This document shows positions 44,940 to 54,279 of a DNA stretch of 64,000 bases, in pieces (within the stretch, counting starts at the first letter, position 1; each line of letters starts with the position of its first letter). A model generated the notes under the pieces. The model made no database searches. It had not been told where the DNA came from and worked only from the letters and a program-made list of their open reading frames with translations. Made by a program: the position numbers and the translations under genes. The stretch comes from a virus (taxonomy: Duplodnaviria; Caudoviricetes): IMG/VR virus record IMGVR_UViG_2563367078_000003, positions 46,946 to 110,945 of that record; one strand, 5' to 3'.

Positions 44940-45780
44940 TGCCTCGAGCCTAGCGGGCCCAACGTCACAGTGACGCAATCACCCGCTAGGTTCACATAGG
45001 CTTACCGCGTAATCGGTCGGTCTATGTGAGCCAGACGGCTCGAAACGGTCCCCAGTGTCACGCCCTAACAAGCGGACGCGCAACGGGATCACAGCAGGAA
45101 AACAGCGCGACGCCCTAAAAAGCGCGCGGACGGTCGGCCCGGACCGCAACCGGTGTCCACATGATTTGTTCTCAATTCCATAGCGTGAGGCAAGAACGGC
45201 GAGCGGGTAGCGTTGTATCATCCCGTAATCGCGCGTCTGATCAGTAGATACCGGCGTCGGTGCGTATTGGCCTGGTCCGCATGTGAGCGCTTAGGAGGCT
45301 CGCGGATACCGCAATGACAAGCCAACGTGCCCGGTCTGTCGATATCGGTAGCGGCGCACAGATGTTTTGTGCGATTGGCTTCGCGCCCTGGTAACCGTTC
45401 TTGTCGACACATATCCACGCCGCAATATCTCTGCGCGCAGGCTGGCACATTGTAGGGTGTCCGCCTGCGCGTTCGCGGTATTGCGTTGGCAGTGATGAGA
45501 GTTTCTACTGTCCGGCAGTGCTGTCTGTTCGATCTAGGATCACGGGCATTGCCGAAAAACCGGTAGGTCCCGATGACATGGAAACTCGGCGAAGGCTATG
45601 CGTTCGCGTTCTGTTGCATCCGCTTGTGTCGGTGCGAATGGTCGCGAAAAACGCTAAATGTCTGGATTCATTCGATGAAATTGAATCGGTTAGATAGGCC
45701 ATAGCTGTGCGCATTCGTGCGTGCGGTCATGGCCGACTAGTCGACTTAATCAGTTGGCTGAAACGCGAGAAAGGGTGACT
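44940..45780 (+). ncRNA. candidate large structured RNA / leader of early operon
   Basis: 840 nt without credible ORF; serial and long-range stems with + strand G-U pairs. Confidence 0.55.
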
Positions 45781-45782
45781 TC

Positions 45783-46109
45783 ATGCATGACAGATTCGAT
45801 GCCGAGAAAATGGCGGCGGATATGTTAGAGGAGGCACAAGAGCGCACGGCAGGACTTCAATGGTCTGTCGAAATACAGGAATTCACAACTGAGCGCGAGT
45901 TTGGCAAAAAGCGCATCTATCGAGCCGAAATGGACGATTGCTTTCGGCTGTTCGACGAATACCGCGCACTGTTGATCGCTACCGGCGCGCGGCAGACGTG
46001 CGGCAACGGTTGGTATTACAGCCTTGAATTGCCCAACAATAGAGCGTGTGTCGTAACGCTGTTCGCAGGCGACAAAATGTATACCGGCATTCGCCTGAGC
46101 GGCGAGTAA
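45783..46109 (+). CDS. hypothetical protein
   Basis: AAAGGGTG RBS. Confidence 0.65.
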   Translation: MHDRFDAEKMAADMLEEAQERTAGLQWSVEIQEFTTEREFGKKRIYRAEMDDCFRLFDEYRALLIATGARQTCGNGWYYSLELPNNRACVVTLFAGDKMYTGIRLSGE

Positions 46110-46127
46110 ACAAAAGGAGACGCAACA

Positions 46128-46310
46128 ATGTCGAAATTCATTAGAGGTAATACGGTTACCGTCAATGGACGCGAAGCGAAGGTCCTCGGAGTTATCACCG
46201 AAACTACCCTCAAAATTAGGTTCGAGGGTGAATATCACGCGGACATCGTTTCCGTTGATGACATTTCCGGCAACGCGATTGGCTTCGACTTCAAGACGTA
46301 CATGTCCTGA
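46128..46310 (+). CDS. small SH3-like hypothetical protein
   Basis: AAGGAG RBS; F.RG..V.V. Confidence 0.65.
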   Translation: MSKFIRGNTVTVNGREAKVLGVITETTLKIRFEGEYHADIVSVDDISGNAIGFDFKTYMS

Positions 46311-46400
46311 TGCTGTAGCGGAGATAGCGGGGTGCGATGTTGTTTGTCGCACCTCAGCTACCGCGCTATATCGGCGTGGCATCGAGAGGGGAAATTGAAA

Positions 46401-46640
46401 ATGACTGTCTCACCATGGCAGGATGACCGTCCGCCGAATTATCGCGGGCGCGTAGCGGATTGCAGCTGGGCGCTGGCGAGCGGACCGGACTCGAGATGGA
46501 CTGCCAGGGAGTTCCTGAGAGGCAACCCGTTCGAACTGTGCCTGATCGTCCGAGTGTTCGGGCGGGAGTATTACACGACAACCACGAACGACCTGTTCGA
46601 CCGGTTGGTGGATCCGGAGATCGTGGCGGTGCTGCTGTGA
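46401..46640 (+). CDS. hypothetical protein
   Basis: GAGGGG RBS. Confidence 0.55.
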   Translation: MTVSPWQDDRPPNYRGRVADCSWALASGPDSRWTAREFLRGNPFELCLIVRVFGREYYTTTTNDLFDRLVDPEIVAVLL

Positions 46641-46822
46641 CGCTGTGGCTGTACATCATCGATCCAACCAAGGCCACTGGGCACTACGGGGTGTATCCCG
46701 CTCCGCTCGCTCGCTGGCTGGTCCGCAAGGCGAATGAGTTGTGGGTTACGTACGCCGCCGCTCCGGATGTCTTTCACCGGCTGAGCTACGCCACACGTGA
46801 GGACACGTTTCCGACCAGGTAG
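46637..46822 (+). CDS. hypothetical protein
   Basis: GTGA overlap. Confidence 0.5.
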   Translation: MTLWLYIIDPTKATGHYGVYPAPLARWLVRKANELWVTYAAAPDVFHRLSYATREDTFPTR

Positions 46823-46830
46823 CACCAAGA

Positions 46831-46893
46831 GTCCCGTTCGCCTACTCGAGGCGGCATAGAGACGAGATTCGAACCGTCACGGGACGCTATGCC
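46831..46893 (+). ncRNA. tRNA-like intergenic element 1
   Basis: 7-bp GTCCCGT/ACGGGAC stem, small hairpin, GACG-..TTCGAAC-CGTC T-arm-like. Confidence 0.45.
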
Positions 46894-46930
46894 CACGTCG
46901 GGCAGAAACACAACAGCGGGAGCAGGGGAA

Positions 46931-47614
46931 ATGGAAATTGGTACCGAAACGCGAACTATCGAATTCGAGTCGTCGTGGGATTATGACAGGGGCCGGACAA
47001 CCAAGCCTTTCGATTTGATGCAAGCCTACTTCGAGCTGCACTACCGGGAGATTGCCGCGCACGTCAACAGCTCGATCAGCAACGGGAGGTCTGACGTTTA
47101 CTCCGCGTCTGAATGGCTGCTCAAATCTCTGGCTGCGGAGGCGTTCCCCGACCTGGACTCGACGGCCGTCTATGATGCGATGATCGACGCGGGAGAGTGC
47201 AGTATGGGGGTTGTGAGCCACCTGCGAGCGGATAAAGCGTCACAGTACGGAACGATCGCAACCCAGTATTGCCCATACTGCGGCGAGGGCGTGTCGGTTG
47301 TCGAGGCTGTCGGCGGGGGGCACCACTGGACCTGCCCCAAGGGTCACGCGGACACCGTCTATCTGGTCGAGCGCAACCTCATCGGCGGAATCACCCTCGC
47401 CGACGAACTCGACATCGAACCGGATGATGGAGATCATGACCTGCCGTACGTCGTGAGCTTGAACGGCGACATCCTGGGGCAGATCGACTCGGTTGACGGC
47501 GAGAAGATCGGCGTATGGATGTACGGCAACGATGACCTCCCGATCGATATCGGCCAGTACGAAACCTGCCTTGCCGCGATTCAAGCGCTCGCCGACAAGT
47601 ACGACAACCAGTAG
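46931..47614 (+). CDS. acidic hypothetical protein with central Zn ribbon
   Basis: CPYCG...CPKGH; AGGGG RBS. Confidence 0.65.
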   Translation: MEIGTETRTIEFESSWDYDRGRTTKPFDLMQAYFELHYREIAAHVNSSISNGRSDVYSASEWLLKSLAAEAFPDLDSTAVYDAMIDAGECSMGVVSHLRADKASQYGTIATQYCPYCGEGVSVVEAVGGGHHWTCPKGHADTVYLVERNLIGGITLADELDIEPDDGDHDLPYVVSLNGDILGQIDSVDGEKIGVWMYGNDDLPIDIGQYETCLAAIQALADKYDNQ

Positions 47615-47624
47615 GGGTGAGCAA

Positions 47625-47963
47625 ATGATATCGACACAGTTTCTCGGCTGGCTTCCAACTCATGCAGATTGGTTCTGCGAGTCGTTCTATTACGACATGG
47701 TCGACCAGATGAACGCCGAGGCCGTTATGGCGGACTGTGCATTCGTCAGGTATACAGCCACACCGCAATACCCACCGTGCGAGGAGATTCCAGAAGTGCC
47801 TGCTACGCCGATCGTCAAGTACCGGGCCGCCAACGGTCACACGATGGAATACTGGGCAGATGAGGATAACCCGCGTATGCCAGCACGAGGGGCGGCGTGG
47901 CAGGCGTGGTGCGCGGATGATTGTCCGGCCTGCGCGAACGGCGAACCGCTTCCGGATTGGTGA
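47625..47963 (+). CDS. hypothetical protein
   Basis: AGGGGTG RBS; C..DCPAC end. Confidence 0.6.
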   Translation: MISTQFLGWLPTHADWFCESFYYDMVDQMNAEAVMADCAFVRYTATPQYPPCEEIPEVPATPIVKYRAANGHTMEYWADEDNPRMPARGAAWQAWCADDCPACANGEPLPDW

Positions 47964-48018
47964 TAGCGGGTACCAAGAATTGACCGACCGATGCGACAGC
48001 GAATAGGAGAGTACGCAA

Positions 48019-48237
48019 ATGGCAGAGATCGACTACGAGGGAACCGATAACCCGGAGGCAATCCTGGTGGATGACATGGGCATCATTCGCACCCTCGAAG
48101 CGCAATTGTCCAAGGTGAATATCATCAATGATGGAGAACTCTGGATCACGGCATACATTAGCGGCATGGAATGCGAGATCTCTATCAAGGGCAAGGATGT
48201 TCTCATGCAAATCATCAGGGCAATCAACAATCCCTAG
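48019..48237 (+). CDS. hypothetical protein
   Basis: AGGAG RBS. Confidence 0.65.
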   Translation: MAEIDYEGTDNPEAILVDDMGIIRTLEAQLSKVNIINDGELWITAYISGMECEISIKGKDVLMQIIRAINNP

Positions 48238-48250
48238 CGGAGGCGCAACA

Positions 48251-48496
48251 ATGGAATATCCGGAAATCGACTACAGCGGTATCAGCATTCACGAACGGCA
48301 GGACGGGAGCTGGTACGTGCCATTCACAAACGGGCGCAGCGTATTCGTTGTTCCTGGCGAGGTTGACGGCGAATTGCAGCGATTCACAACCCAACTTGAC
48401 GGCGTAGCGGTGCCTGCTGTCGTAGCCATATCGAAGGGCCCGTTGGATTACCGAGTAGCCGAAGCGGCGAAGTCTCGGATCATCTCCGGCCATTAG
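48251..48496 (+). CDS. hypothetical protein
   Basis: GGAGG RBS. Confidence 0.65.
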   Translation: MEYPEIDYSGISIHERQDGSWYVPFTNGRSVFVVPGEVDGELQRFTTQLDGVAVPAVVAISKGPLDYRVAEAAKSRIISGH

Positions 48497-48505
48497 GGGT
48501 AAGTA

Positions 48506-48721
48506 ATGAAGATAACAACGATCAAGTCAAGAGCCGACTATCGGGCCGCAATCGAGGGAAAACGGTTCCATTTCGTGCGGGTTGACGATGCCGTATGGAT
48601 CTACACGCCGACCGCAAACCTTGGCGGATACAATCTCGACCGCTTCGGGGGAACGCTCACGCCCGCAAGTATCCGGAAATTTATGGATACATTTCTCTCG
48701 CCGGAGAGTGGCGGGAAATAA
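48506..48721 (+). CDS. hypothetical protein
   Basis: AGGGGT RBS. Confidence 0.65.
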   Translation: MKITTIKSRADYRAAIEGKRFHFVRVDDAVWIYTPTANLGGYNLDRFGGTLTPASIRKFMDTFLSPESGGK

Positions 48722-48724
48722 CAC

Positions 48725-48801
48725 CATAGCCCTTGCATTGGCGTACATCTCGCAGCCAGCGGGAGCGTATACCGGTTCGACTCCGGTCCGGGCACTATGC
48801 C
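48725..48801 (+). ncRNA. tRNA-like intergenic element 2
   Basis: canonical T-arm ACCGG-TTCGACT-CCGGT (48771-48787), closing CATAG-CCC / GGG-CA-CTATG; no anticodon cloverleaf. Confidence 0.5.
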
Positions 48802-48840
48802 GCACACGCGGCAGAAATCTCGACAACAAAGGGATAGATC

Positions 48841-49101
48841 ATGACAACGACCGAATTCCACTTGTGCAGCGACTGCGCGAAAGAAAGGACCGAAGGCGTC
48901 GACAGTCCGGCGCGCAGCCCCGAGAACTTCAGCACCGAGAATGAATGGCTCGAAAACGTGGCGTCGCGGGATGCGAGTATCGAAGTGATGGGGGACGCTG
49001 CGCACGCCGGTACACGCGACATCGGCTGCTTCACGTGTTTTGTATGCGACGACATCGATTACGGGCAGGCTCACATTTTCGAAGGTGAGGAGAAAGGTTA
49101 G
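48841..49101 (+). CDS. acidic Cys-containing hypothetical protein
   Basis: AAGGGA RBS; CxxC twice. Confidence 0.6.
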   Translation: MTTTEFHLCSDCAKERTEGVDSPARSPENFSTENEWLENVASRDASIEVMGDAAHAGTRDIGCFTCFVCDDIDYGQAHIFEGEEKG

Positions 49102-49105
49102 AGCA

Positions 49106-49315
49106 ATGTCGAGATTCGCTAAAGGACAGAAGATCCAATATGAGACGGTCGGTCGTGGATGGGTTAAGGGGGTGGTCGTCACTCCGAGCATCGGCGAAGG
49201 CTTTACCGAACAGGTGGAATGGCGTGTCACATCCCGCAATCGTACAGACTACCCGTGCGGCCTGATAGAGCGAACGTTTGCAGATTCGTCCGCACTGGTC
49301 GCAAGAGAGGATTAG
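49106..49315 (+). CDS. small SH3-like hypothetical protein
   Basis: GAAAGG RBS; F.KGQ.I...W..G.V. Confidence 0.6.
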   Translation: MSRFAKGQKIQYETVGRGWVKGVVVTPSIGEGFTEQVEWRVTSRNRTDYPCGLIERTFADSSALVARED

Positions 49316-49319
49316 AACA

Positions 49320-49673
49320 ATGACACTAAGCGATCTTATGGAATTCGGTCATGTCGTCTATTCGGACGGCAATGGCAATGTGTCGGATGCGGACGGCATA
49401 TACGCCCCGGAGCTTTACGCGGACACGCTCGACGACGACATTCACAGCTATTCGGGCACCTATGATGTGTCGGACGGCTGGGAATTGCTGAAGGGCTTCA
49501 CGATGCAGTACGGGGGATTTCTGACCGAGTTTATGCACAGCTCCGAACTCATCGGCGGCGACCTCGAGACTCACATCCGAGAGAACGCCGGTTACTACGT
49601 TGCGGTGGAGGTTCGCACTTACCACGACGATGAGCCGGATAACTGGGCTGTGGCATTCAAGGAAGCGGAGTAA
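49320..49673 (+). CDS. acidic hypothetical protein
   Basis: GAGGA RBS. Confidence 0.7.
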   Translation: MTLSDLMEFGHVVYSDGNGNVSDADGIYAPELYADTLDDDIHSYSGTYDVSDGWELLKGFTMQYGGFLTEFMHSSELIGGDLETHIRENAGYYVAVEVRTYHDDEPDNWAVAFKEAE

Positions 49674-49678
49674 CGCAG

Positions 49679-50134
49679 ATGTCCGGATATATGACAGACA
49701 ACGTGCTGTACGACGGCGACGGATTCGACCTCGAGAGGTCGCGGGTATTCAACCTCGACAACGAGGACGACTCGCGGGCGTATCAGGAATTCAGGCAGAA
49801 CAACGATGCGCGGCGAGTAATGTACACGCAGCGTGAAACGTACCGCACGCATGATTGCCCTGCTGATTACGCCGAAGATTGCCAGTGCGATGATGTGCGG
49901 GAAACCGAGGCTGAAGCTGTGGTGAATCCAACGCCTATGTACGTGGTGGAATTCCTGCGGCATTGGGGATTGTCCGAGAATGGCGGTGATCCGTCCGATT
50001 GGGATTACGACGGGACGGACTCATATCACACCGCAGACGGTGAATTTGAAGCGACCTATCACGCACGACTGGAAGGCTTCAAAGATTTGCAGTTGTCCAT
50101 AATGTCTCACGCTGTCAAAGCGGTCAGGAAGTGA
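49679..50134 (+). CDS. acidic hypothetical protein
   Basis: GGAG RBS. Confidence 0.7.
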   Translation: MSGYMTDNVLYDGDGFDLERSRVFNLDNEDDSRAYQEFRQNNDARRVMYTQRETYRTHDCPADYAEDCQCDDVRETEAEAVVNPTPMYVVEFLRHWGLSENGGDPSDWDYDGTDSYHTADGEFEATYHARLEGFKDLQLSIMSHAVKAVRK

Positions 50135-50138
50135 AGTA

Positions 50139-50519
50139 ATGGCTGAACCATGGGACACGATAACGGCATATGCGGAGCGGTACGCGAAGACCTTGGCCAT
50201 TGATTATCGGCAGTATGGCATCCAAGAAGGGGTTTTGATGACTTCCGCGCAACATGCGAACGAAATACTTGCCAAACTGAACGGCTGGGACTACTCGACA
50301 TTCAAGGATGCTGTGGGCGACACCGTTCATCGCTATCAGCGCGTAGATGTCCAGATCGATGTCGAATATTCAAAATCGGGTCGAATTAAATTCGCGAATC
50401 GTCGGCACCTCGACAGCGGCGTATGGGTAAGTCCGCTGGGCCAGGGTAATATCTTGTCCCCCGACTTTCCGGGCAAACGCGAGACTGTCGCCGAATGGCT
50501 ATCCGCTGATACCCAGTAA
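50139..50519 (+). CDS. hypothetical protein
   Basis: ORF in + strand string. Confidence 0.65.
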   Translation: MAEPWDTITAYAERYAKTLAIDYRQYGIQEGVLMTSAQHANEILAKLNGWDYSTFKDAVGDTVHRYQRVDVQIDVEYSKSGRIKFANRRHLDSGVWVSPLGQGNILSPDFPGKRETVAEWLSADTQ

Positions 50520-50520
50520 T

Positions 50521-50575
50521 TGGTGACTCGACAGGGTGTCCGGCCCAACCTCCGGGTGCCCAATCGAATTACCGA
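50521..50575 (+). repeat. intergenic hairpin family copy A
   Basis: GGGTGTCCGG-N8-CCGGGTGCCC on longer lower stem. Confidence 0.65.
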
Positions 50576-50598
50576 ACTGCAACCAATAGAAAGTAGTA

Positions 50599-51045
50599 AT
50601 GATGAACGATTGGGAATGCCTGTACTCCGAACCGGTACCTAATGGCACGCCGGGTTGCGATGGAGCGGTATCGGACTACATATCGGTGCGCTGGGTCAAT
50701 CGTAAACGCGGGGCCATGATCACGAGTAGCTGGTACGTCGTCGACCTCGCCGAGCGCAACGGGCTGGACAAGGTCGACGACGCTGAGCAGATCGCGGAAC
50801 GCTTTGGAGACAACGTTTTCGACGTCGAGCAAGAGATTGAATATTTGGTGTGCGGCGATTTGGATGATCCTGGGGCTACCGAGGTAGCATCCGACATTCA
50901 ATACCGGGATGATCTGACACTCAATGGATTCGCCAGCAAGAGCGAGGCAGAAGCATACGCCTTGAATCAATGCGCGCAAGAGCTGACACCAGGACGGTTT
51001 GAACGAGACTATCAATGGTCAGGTCGGGCTGAAGATCTGCGCTGA
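50599..51045 (+). CDS. acidic hypothetical protein
   Basis: ORF track. Confidence 0.7.
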   Translation: MMNDWECLYSEPVPNGTPGCDGAVSDYISVRWVNRKRGAMITSSWYVVDLAERNGLDKVDDAEQIAERFGDNVFDVEQEIEYLVCGDLDDPGATEVASDIQYRDDLTLNGFASKSEAEAYALNQCAQELTPGRFERDYQWSGRAEDLR

Positions 51046-51085
51046 TATTAGAAAGCGCGTACACGCACAAAGGAGAAATACGCAC

Positions 51086-51277
51086 ATGGCATATCTCATT
51101 GACGCCTACGACGCGGCCGACAATCTGGTGGGCCAACGCAGCGTCAGTTCGAGCAAGATCGACGGATATTTTGCAAGAGCCAAAAGGAAGGGGCTTTCGC
51201 TCGAGCTGTCCGACTTCGCATTCCTCGACGGCGAATTGTGTATCGACAGCCAATACCCTAACGACTATTTCAGCTGA
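51086..51277 (+). CDS. hypothetical protein
   Basis: AAGGAG RBS. Confidence 0.6.
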   Translation: MAYLIDAYDAADNLVGQRSVSSSKIDGYFARAKRKGLSLELSDFAFLDGELCIDSQYPNDYFS

Positions 51278-51299
51278 ACCCAACCAGGGAGAATAGATA

Positions 51300-51527
51300 G
51301 TGAGTCTTCACCATAGCCAGATAATCGACGACGAATGCACGCATTTCAAGTGCTACCGGTCGATACGAAATAGCAAACCGGCGGTGTATGTCGAGATAGC
51401 CGAAGGGTACACAACTCCGGGCTGGGCAGGCGGCGACGCGAGAAAAACAACGCTGCTGCAATTCGACAAGGAAACGCTTGTAACTCTGAGTTCATACTTC
51501 CAAACCCTAGCGCAATCGCTCGACTGA
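51300..51527 (+). CDS. hypothetical protein
   Basis: GGGAG RBS. Confidence 0.6.
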   Translation: MSLHHSQIIDDECTHFKCYRSIRNSKPAVYVEIAEGYTTPGWAGGDARKTTLLQFDKETLVTLSSYFQTLAQSLD

Positions 51528-51550
51528 ACCCAGCAAGGGAGAACACAACA

Positions 51551-51874
51551 ATGGATAACACACCACACGCGCCGGGGATGGTTCGGTATGCGCGACAGGT
51601 GATCGCGGAGTCCGAGCCGGGCAGCCGGTCAGCAGAGGCAGCGCGCAAGATCCTCGCCGAGTACGGGCAGGAGGTGTTCGAGGTCGGTCAGCCGGTTTAC
51701 GTCCTGCTGAAATGGCCTGAGGCGGAGTCATCTACCAGGTATCCAGCGAAGATCCGCAAGAACGGCAACCGAACAGCGCTGGTGGACATCGAGTGCATGC
51801 CGGAGTCTCCGGTGTCGGTGACGTATGACAACATCCGGTCTCGTACGCCCGACGATGAACAGCTGCCGTTCTGA
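51551..51874 (+). CDS. hypothetical protein, C-terminal SH3-like
   Basis: GGGAG RBS; FEVGQPVYV. Confidence 0.65.
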   Translation: MDNTPHAPGMVRYARQVIAESEPGSRSAEAARKILAEYGQEVFEVGQPVYVLLKWPEAESSTRYPAKIRKNGNRTALVDIECMPESPVSVTYDNIRSRTPDDEQLPF

Positions 51875-51886
51875 GGAGGTCGAGCG

Positions 51887-52048
51887 ATGACAGGGCAGGA
51901 ACTTATCGAGTGGATCGAACAGCACGGGCCGCAGTTGCAGATACGGTTCACCGGGTGGGATCACTACAACGACGAACCACGTGATTGGCTTCTGGAAATT
52001 TCCGACCTGTCGGTGGAGAACGGTGAGTTAGTCATCAACACGCTGTGA
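51887..52048 (+). CDS. small hypothetical protein (53 aa)
   Basis: GGAGGT RBS; MTGQELIEW... Confidence 0.6.
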   Translation: MTGQELIEWIEQHGPQLQIRFTGWDHYNDEPRDWLLEISDLSVENGELVINTL

Positions 52049-52101
52049 ATTCTAAGAAGCATGAAGTAGACCAGTAGCGATCGACACGAAAGGTTAGACA
52101 G

Positions 52102-52383
52102 ATGCGGGATATCGAGTGGACTGTTGTCCCCACCAACGGCAATGGCGATGAATTCCAGTTCAGGGGCGAGACGTTCGACATCGGCGACTTTCAGCGTATG
52201 CGCTCGCCGTGGGGAGATGCGCCGAACGCCGATTGGCTGGAATCGCAGGGCGTCGACGGCTGGATGGCTCGCGGTGCGGGTAATGCCGATTCGTACATGT
52301 ACGTGGTCAACCTCGACAACATGTACGACGAGGAGTCGGTGAAGGTCGCGCTGATCAACACGAACGAACTGAACGGAGAATAA
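52102..52383 (+). CDS. hypothetical protein
   Basis: GAAAGG RBS. Confidence 0.7.
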   Translation: MRDIEWTVVPTNGNGDEFQFRGETFDIGDFQRMRSPWGDAPNADWLESQGVDGWMARGAGNADSYMYVVNLDNMYDEESVKVALINTNELNGE

Positions 52384-52387
52384 GAAA

Positions 52388-52750
52388 ATGACTGAGCAGG
52401 TTTCGATTTACGGTTACCGCTGGTTCGGCGGCAGCAAGGACCCGAACACCTATCACACCGTGATCGTTTACGCGGACGGCAAAGAGGTGTTCCGCAGCAC
52501 GAAATCTGAATATGGGTACGGAGAACAGTACCAGGAGACGGGCTTGCGAGAGTTCCTGAAAGCAATTGGCGAGAGCTACCCGCCGAATCGTCTCGGCTAC
52601 GACCACTGGCCGGTGAATGCTCACGAATATTTCGACGATCGCGGTATTCACTACAACACCGAGGCGTATGACGTGAAGCGAGAGCAGGAGTTGTTCGCTT
52701 TCCAGCCGTTCGGCGGGCAGGTGAGACGGAGCGGTAACACACTGCCGTAA
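52388..52750 (+). CDS. hypothetical protein
   Basis: GGAG RBS; RWF..NTYH...YGYG.QY. Confidence 0.7.
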   Translation: MTEQVSIYGYRWFGGSKDPNTYHTVIVYADGKEVFRSTKSEYGYGEQYQETGLREFLKAIGESYPPNRLGYDHWPVNAHEYFDDRGIHYNTEAYDVKREQELFAFQPFGGQVRRSGNTLP

Positions 52751-52753
52751 ACG

Positions 52754-52811
52754 TCCGGCGATTCGACAGGGTATCCGGCGTCAATTCCGGGTATCCAGTC
52801 GTTCTACCGGA
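52754..52811 (+). repeat. intergenic hairpin family copy B
   Basis: GGGTATCCGG-N8-CCGGGTATCC. Confidence 0.65.
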
Positions 52812-52843
52812 GCGAAAAAACCCAACAAATAGGAGAATGAAAA

Positions 52844-53146
52844 ATGAGTGACGAAATAACCGACGTGTTCACCGAGATTGCCGACAATGAGCCTACCGGG
52901 CATCTCTACGGGAAGATCCAGGAACTTGCAGCGGATGTGTCGGATACTCGCGAGCTGGGGCAGGCTATCCGCGAGTTCATGTACAGCGAGACGGTCGACA
53001 TGCCTGGGTATATCGGCACACTGCTGCGGGAGTACATGGGGAATGTCGAGTGGAGCGACGTCGGCGAGTTTTACAAGGAGATGATCCCCGAAAGCGACGA
53101 GGACGAGGACGAGGACGAAGACGAAGACGAGGAGAGCGAAGCATGA
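52844..53146 (+). CDS. very acidic protein with poly-DE tail
   Basis: AGGAG RBS; DEDEDEDEDEDEESEA. Confidence 0.75.
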   Translation: MSDEITDVFTEIADNEPTGHLYGKIQELAADVSDTRELGQAIREFMYSETVDMPGYIGTLLREYMGNVEWSDVGEFYKEMIPESDEDEDEDEDEDEESEA

Positions 53147-53457
53147 AAACCGGAGAACACAGCGAGCGCGGTAGGTACGTCACCGAGCAAGTGGCATTGT
53201 GGATTGCCAACGAAGGTGACGCAACTTTCTACAAGGGCACCAATGATCGAATCGCCTTTATCGCCGCACGACACGCATGGGATGGCGAGCTTGATGCGCT
53301 TGCGCGATTTGCCACCCATCTGATCAGGACTGCACAGCCAGCTCATGCGGCATGGCAGGTACAGCAAGAACTCGCGCCGAACGATTACGACCGCATCCGC
53401 TGGGAAGATGTCGCGGCGGAGCTGAAAGCAACATTCGACAAGGAAGGTTTGAACTGA
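53143..53457 (+). CDS. hypothetical protein
   Basis: ATGA overlap; T..VALWI.N.....I.W..VA. Confidence 0.7.
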   Translation: MKTGEHSERGRYVTEQVALWIANEGDATFYKGTNDRIAFIAARHAWDGELDALARFATHLIRTAQPAHAAWQVQQELAPNDYDRIRWEDVAAELKATFDKEGLN

Positions 53458-53957
53458 TGGAAATCACTCTCGACATGACAGCAATCCGCAACAAGACGGT
53501 CCGCGAGCTTGCGAATCAGATTGGTTGCAAAGTCCCCGCAGCCGACGATTCACCGGGCGGCCTGCTCTTGCAGAAGGTACGGGACGAGACGGTTGAAGCG
53601 GTGGAGAACGCTATCAGCCTGGACAACGAGCCGGACTCCGTGAAAGAAGGGGATGATCTCAACAATATCGAAGGACTGGCACCCGCCAAGGATAAGGCGG
53701 AAATGTGGTCGCAGTTCGTCGATCTCGGCGGCTGGGATGACTCTTGGCGGGAAATGAACGACGAGACAATACGCGGCCTCATTGACGAATGGAGGTACAC
53801 GCGGGAATTGCCGTTCGGGGATAAGGTTCCGAGCATTTCCAGCTTCGCCGTAGTCGCGTTGATGGAGATGGCTCGGACGCTGGCTTGGCAACTGACGGAC
53901 GAACTGCAAACCCAGTACGAAGCGATCGAGCCCGACGACGAGGAAGGTTTGGAGTAA
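53457..53957 (+). CDS. acidic helical protein, possible Ocr-like DNA mimic
   Basis: LA...C..P..DSPG..L..VRD..MW.QFVDLG.W; highly acidic. Confidence 0.55.
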   Translation: MEITLDMTAIRNKTVRELANQIGCKVPAADDSPGGLLLQKVRDETVEAVENAISLDNEPDSVKEGDDLNNIEGLAPAKDKAEMWSQFVDLGGWDDSWREMNDETIRGLIDEWRYTRELPFGDKVPSISSFAVVALMEMARTLAWQLTDELQTQYEAIEPDDEEGLE

Positions 53958-54274
53958 TGTCCCGCATTTCTTTCCTGAACGGCTGGTCGGCCGAATTCGA
54001 TCAGAACGGCGAAACCGTACCCGGCAGCAGCGAGGGCAAGATTCTCGAACTGGTTCGCGAAGTTGACGGCAAAGATACGCAGCTGTTTTGGATGTCGATG
54101 GATGAGCTGTGCGCGGCTTTTCCTGCGGTGCGTGTCGAAATTAATCGAGAACTGCGTCTGGACGAGCCATATACACGGATCTGGACCGTTCCGGGTGTGC
54201 GTATGCGGGTCATGGCCGAACTCGAAGAACTCACAACCGATGGCCGATGGGTTGTGACGTCCCGCTGGCACTGA
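53957..54274 (+). CDS. hypothetical protein
   Basis: TAATG overlap. Confidence 0.65.
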   Translation: MSRISFLNGWSAEFDQNGETVPGSSEGKILELVREVDGKDTQLFWMSMDELCAAFPAVRVEINRELRLDEPYTRIWTVPGVRMRVMAELEELTTDGRWVVTSRWH

Positions 54275-54279
54275 ACATA

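Noticed and set aside
48725-48801. Canonical tRNA gene
   Set aside because: T-arm present but no D-arm/anticodon geometry or CCA; kept only as a tRNA-like element.
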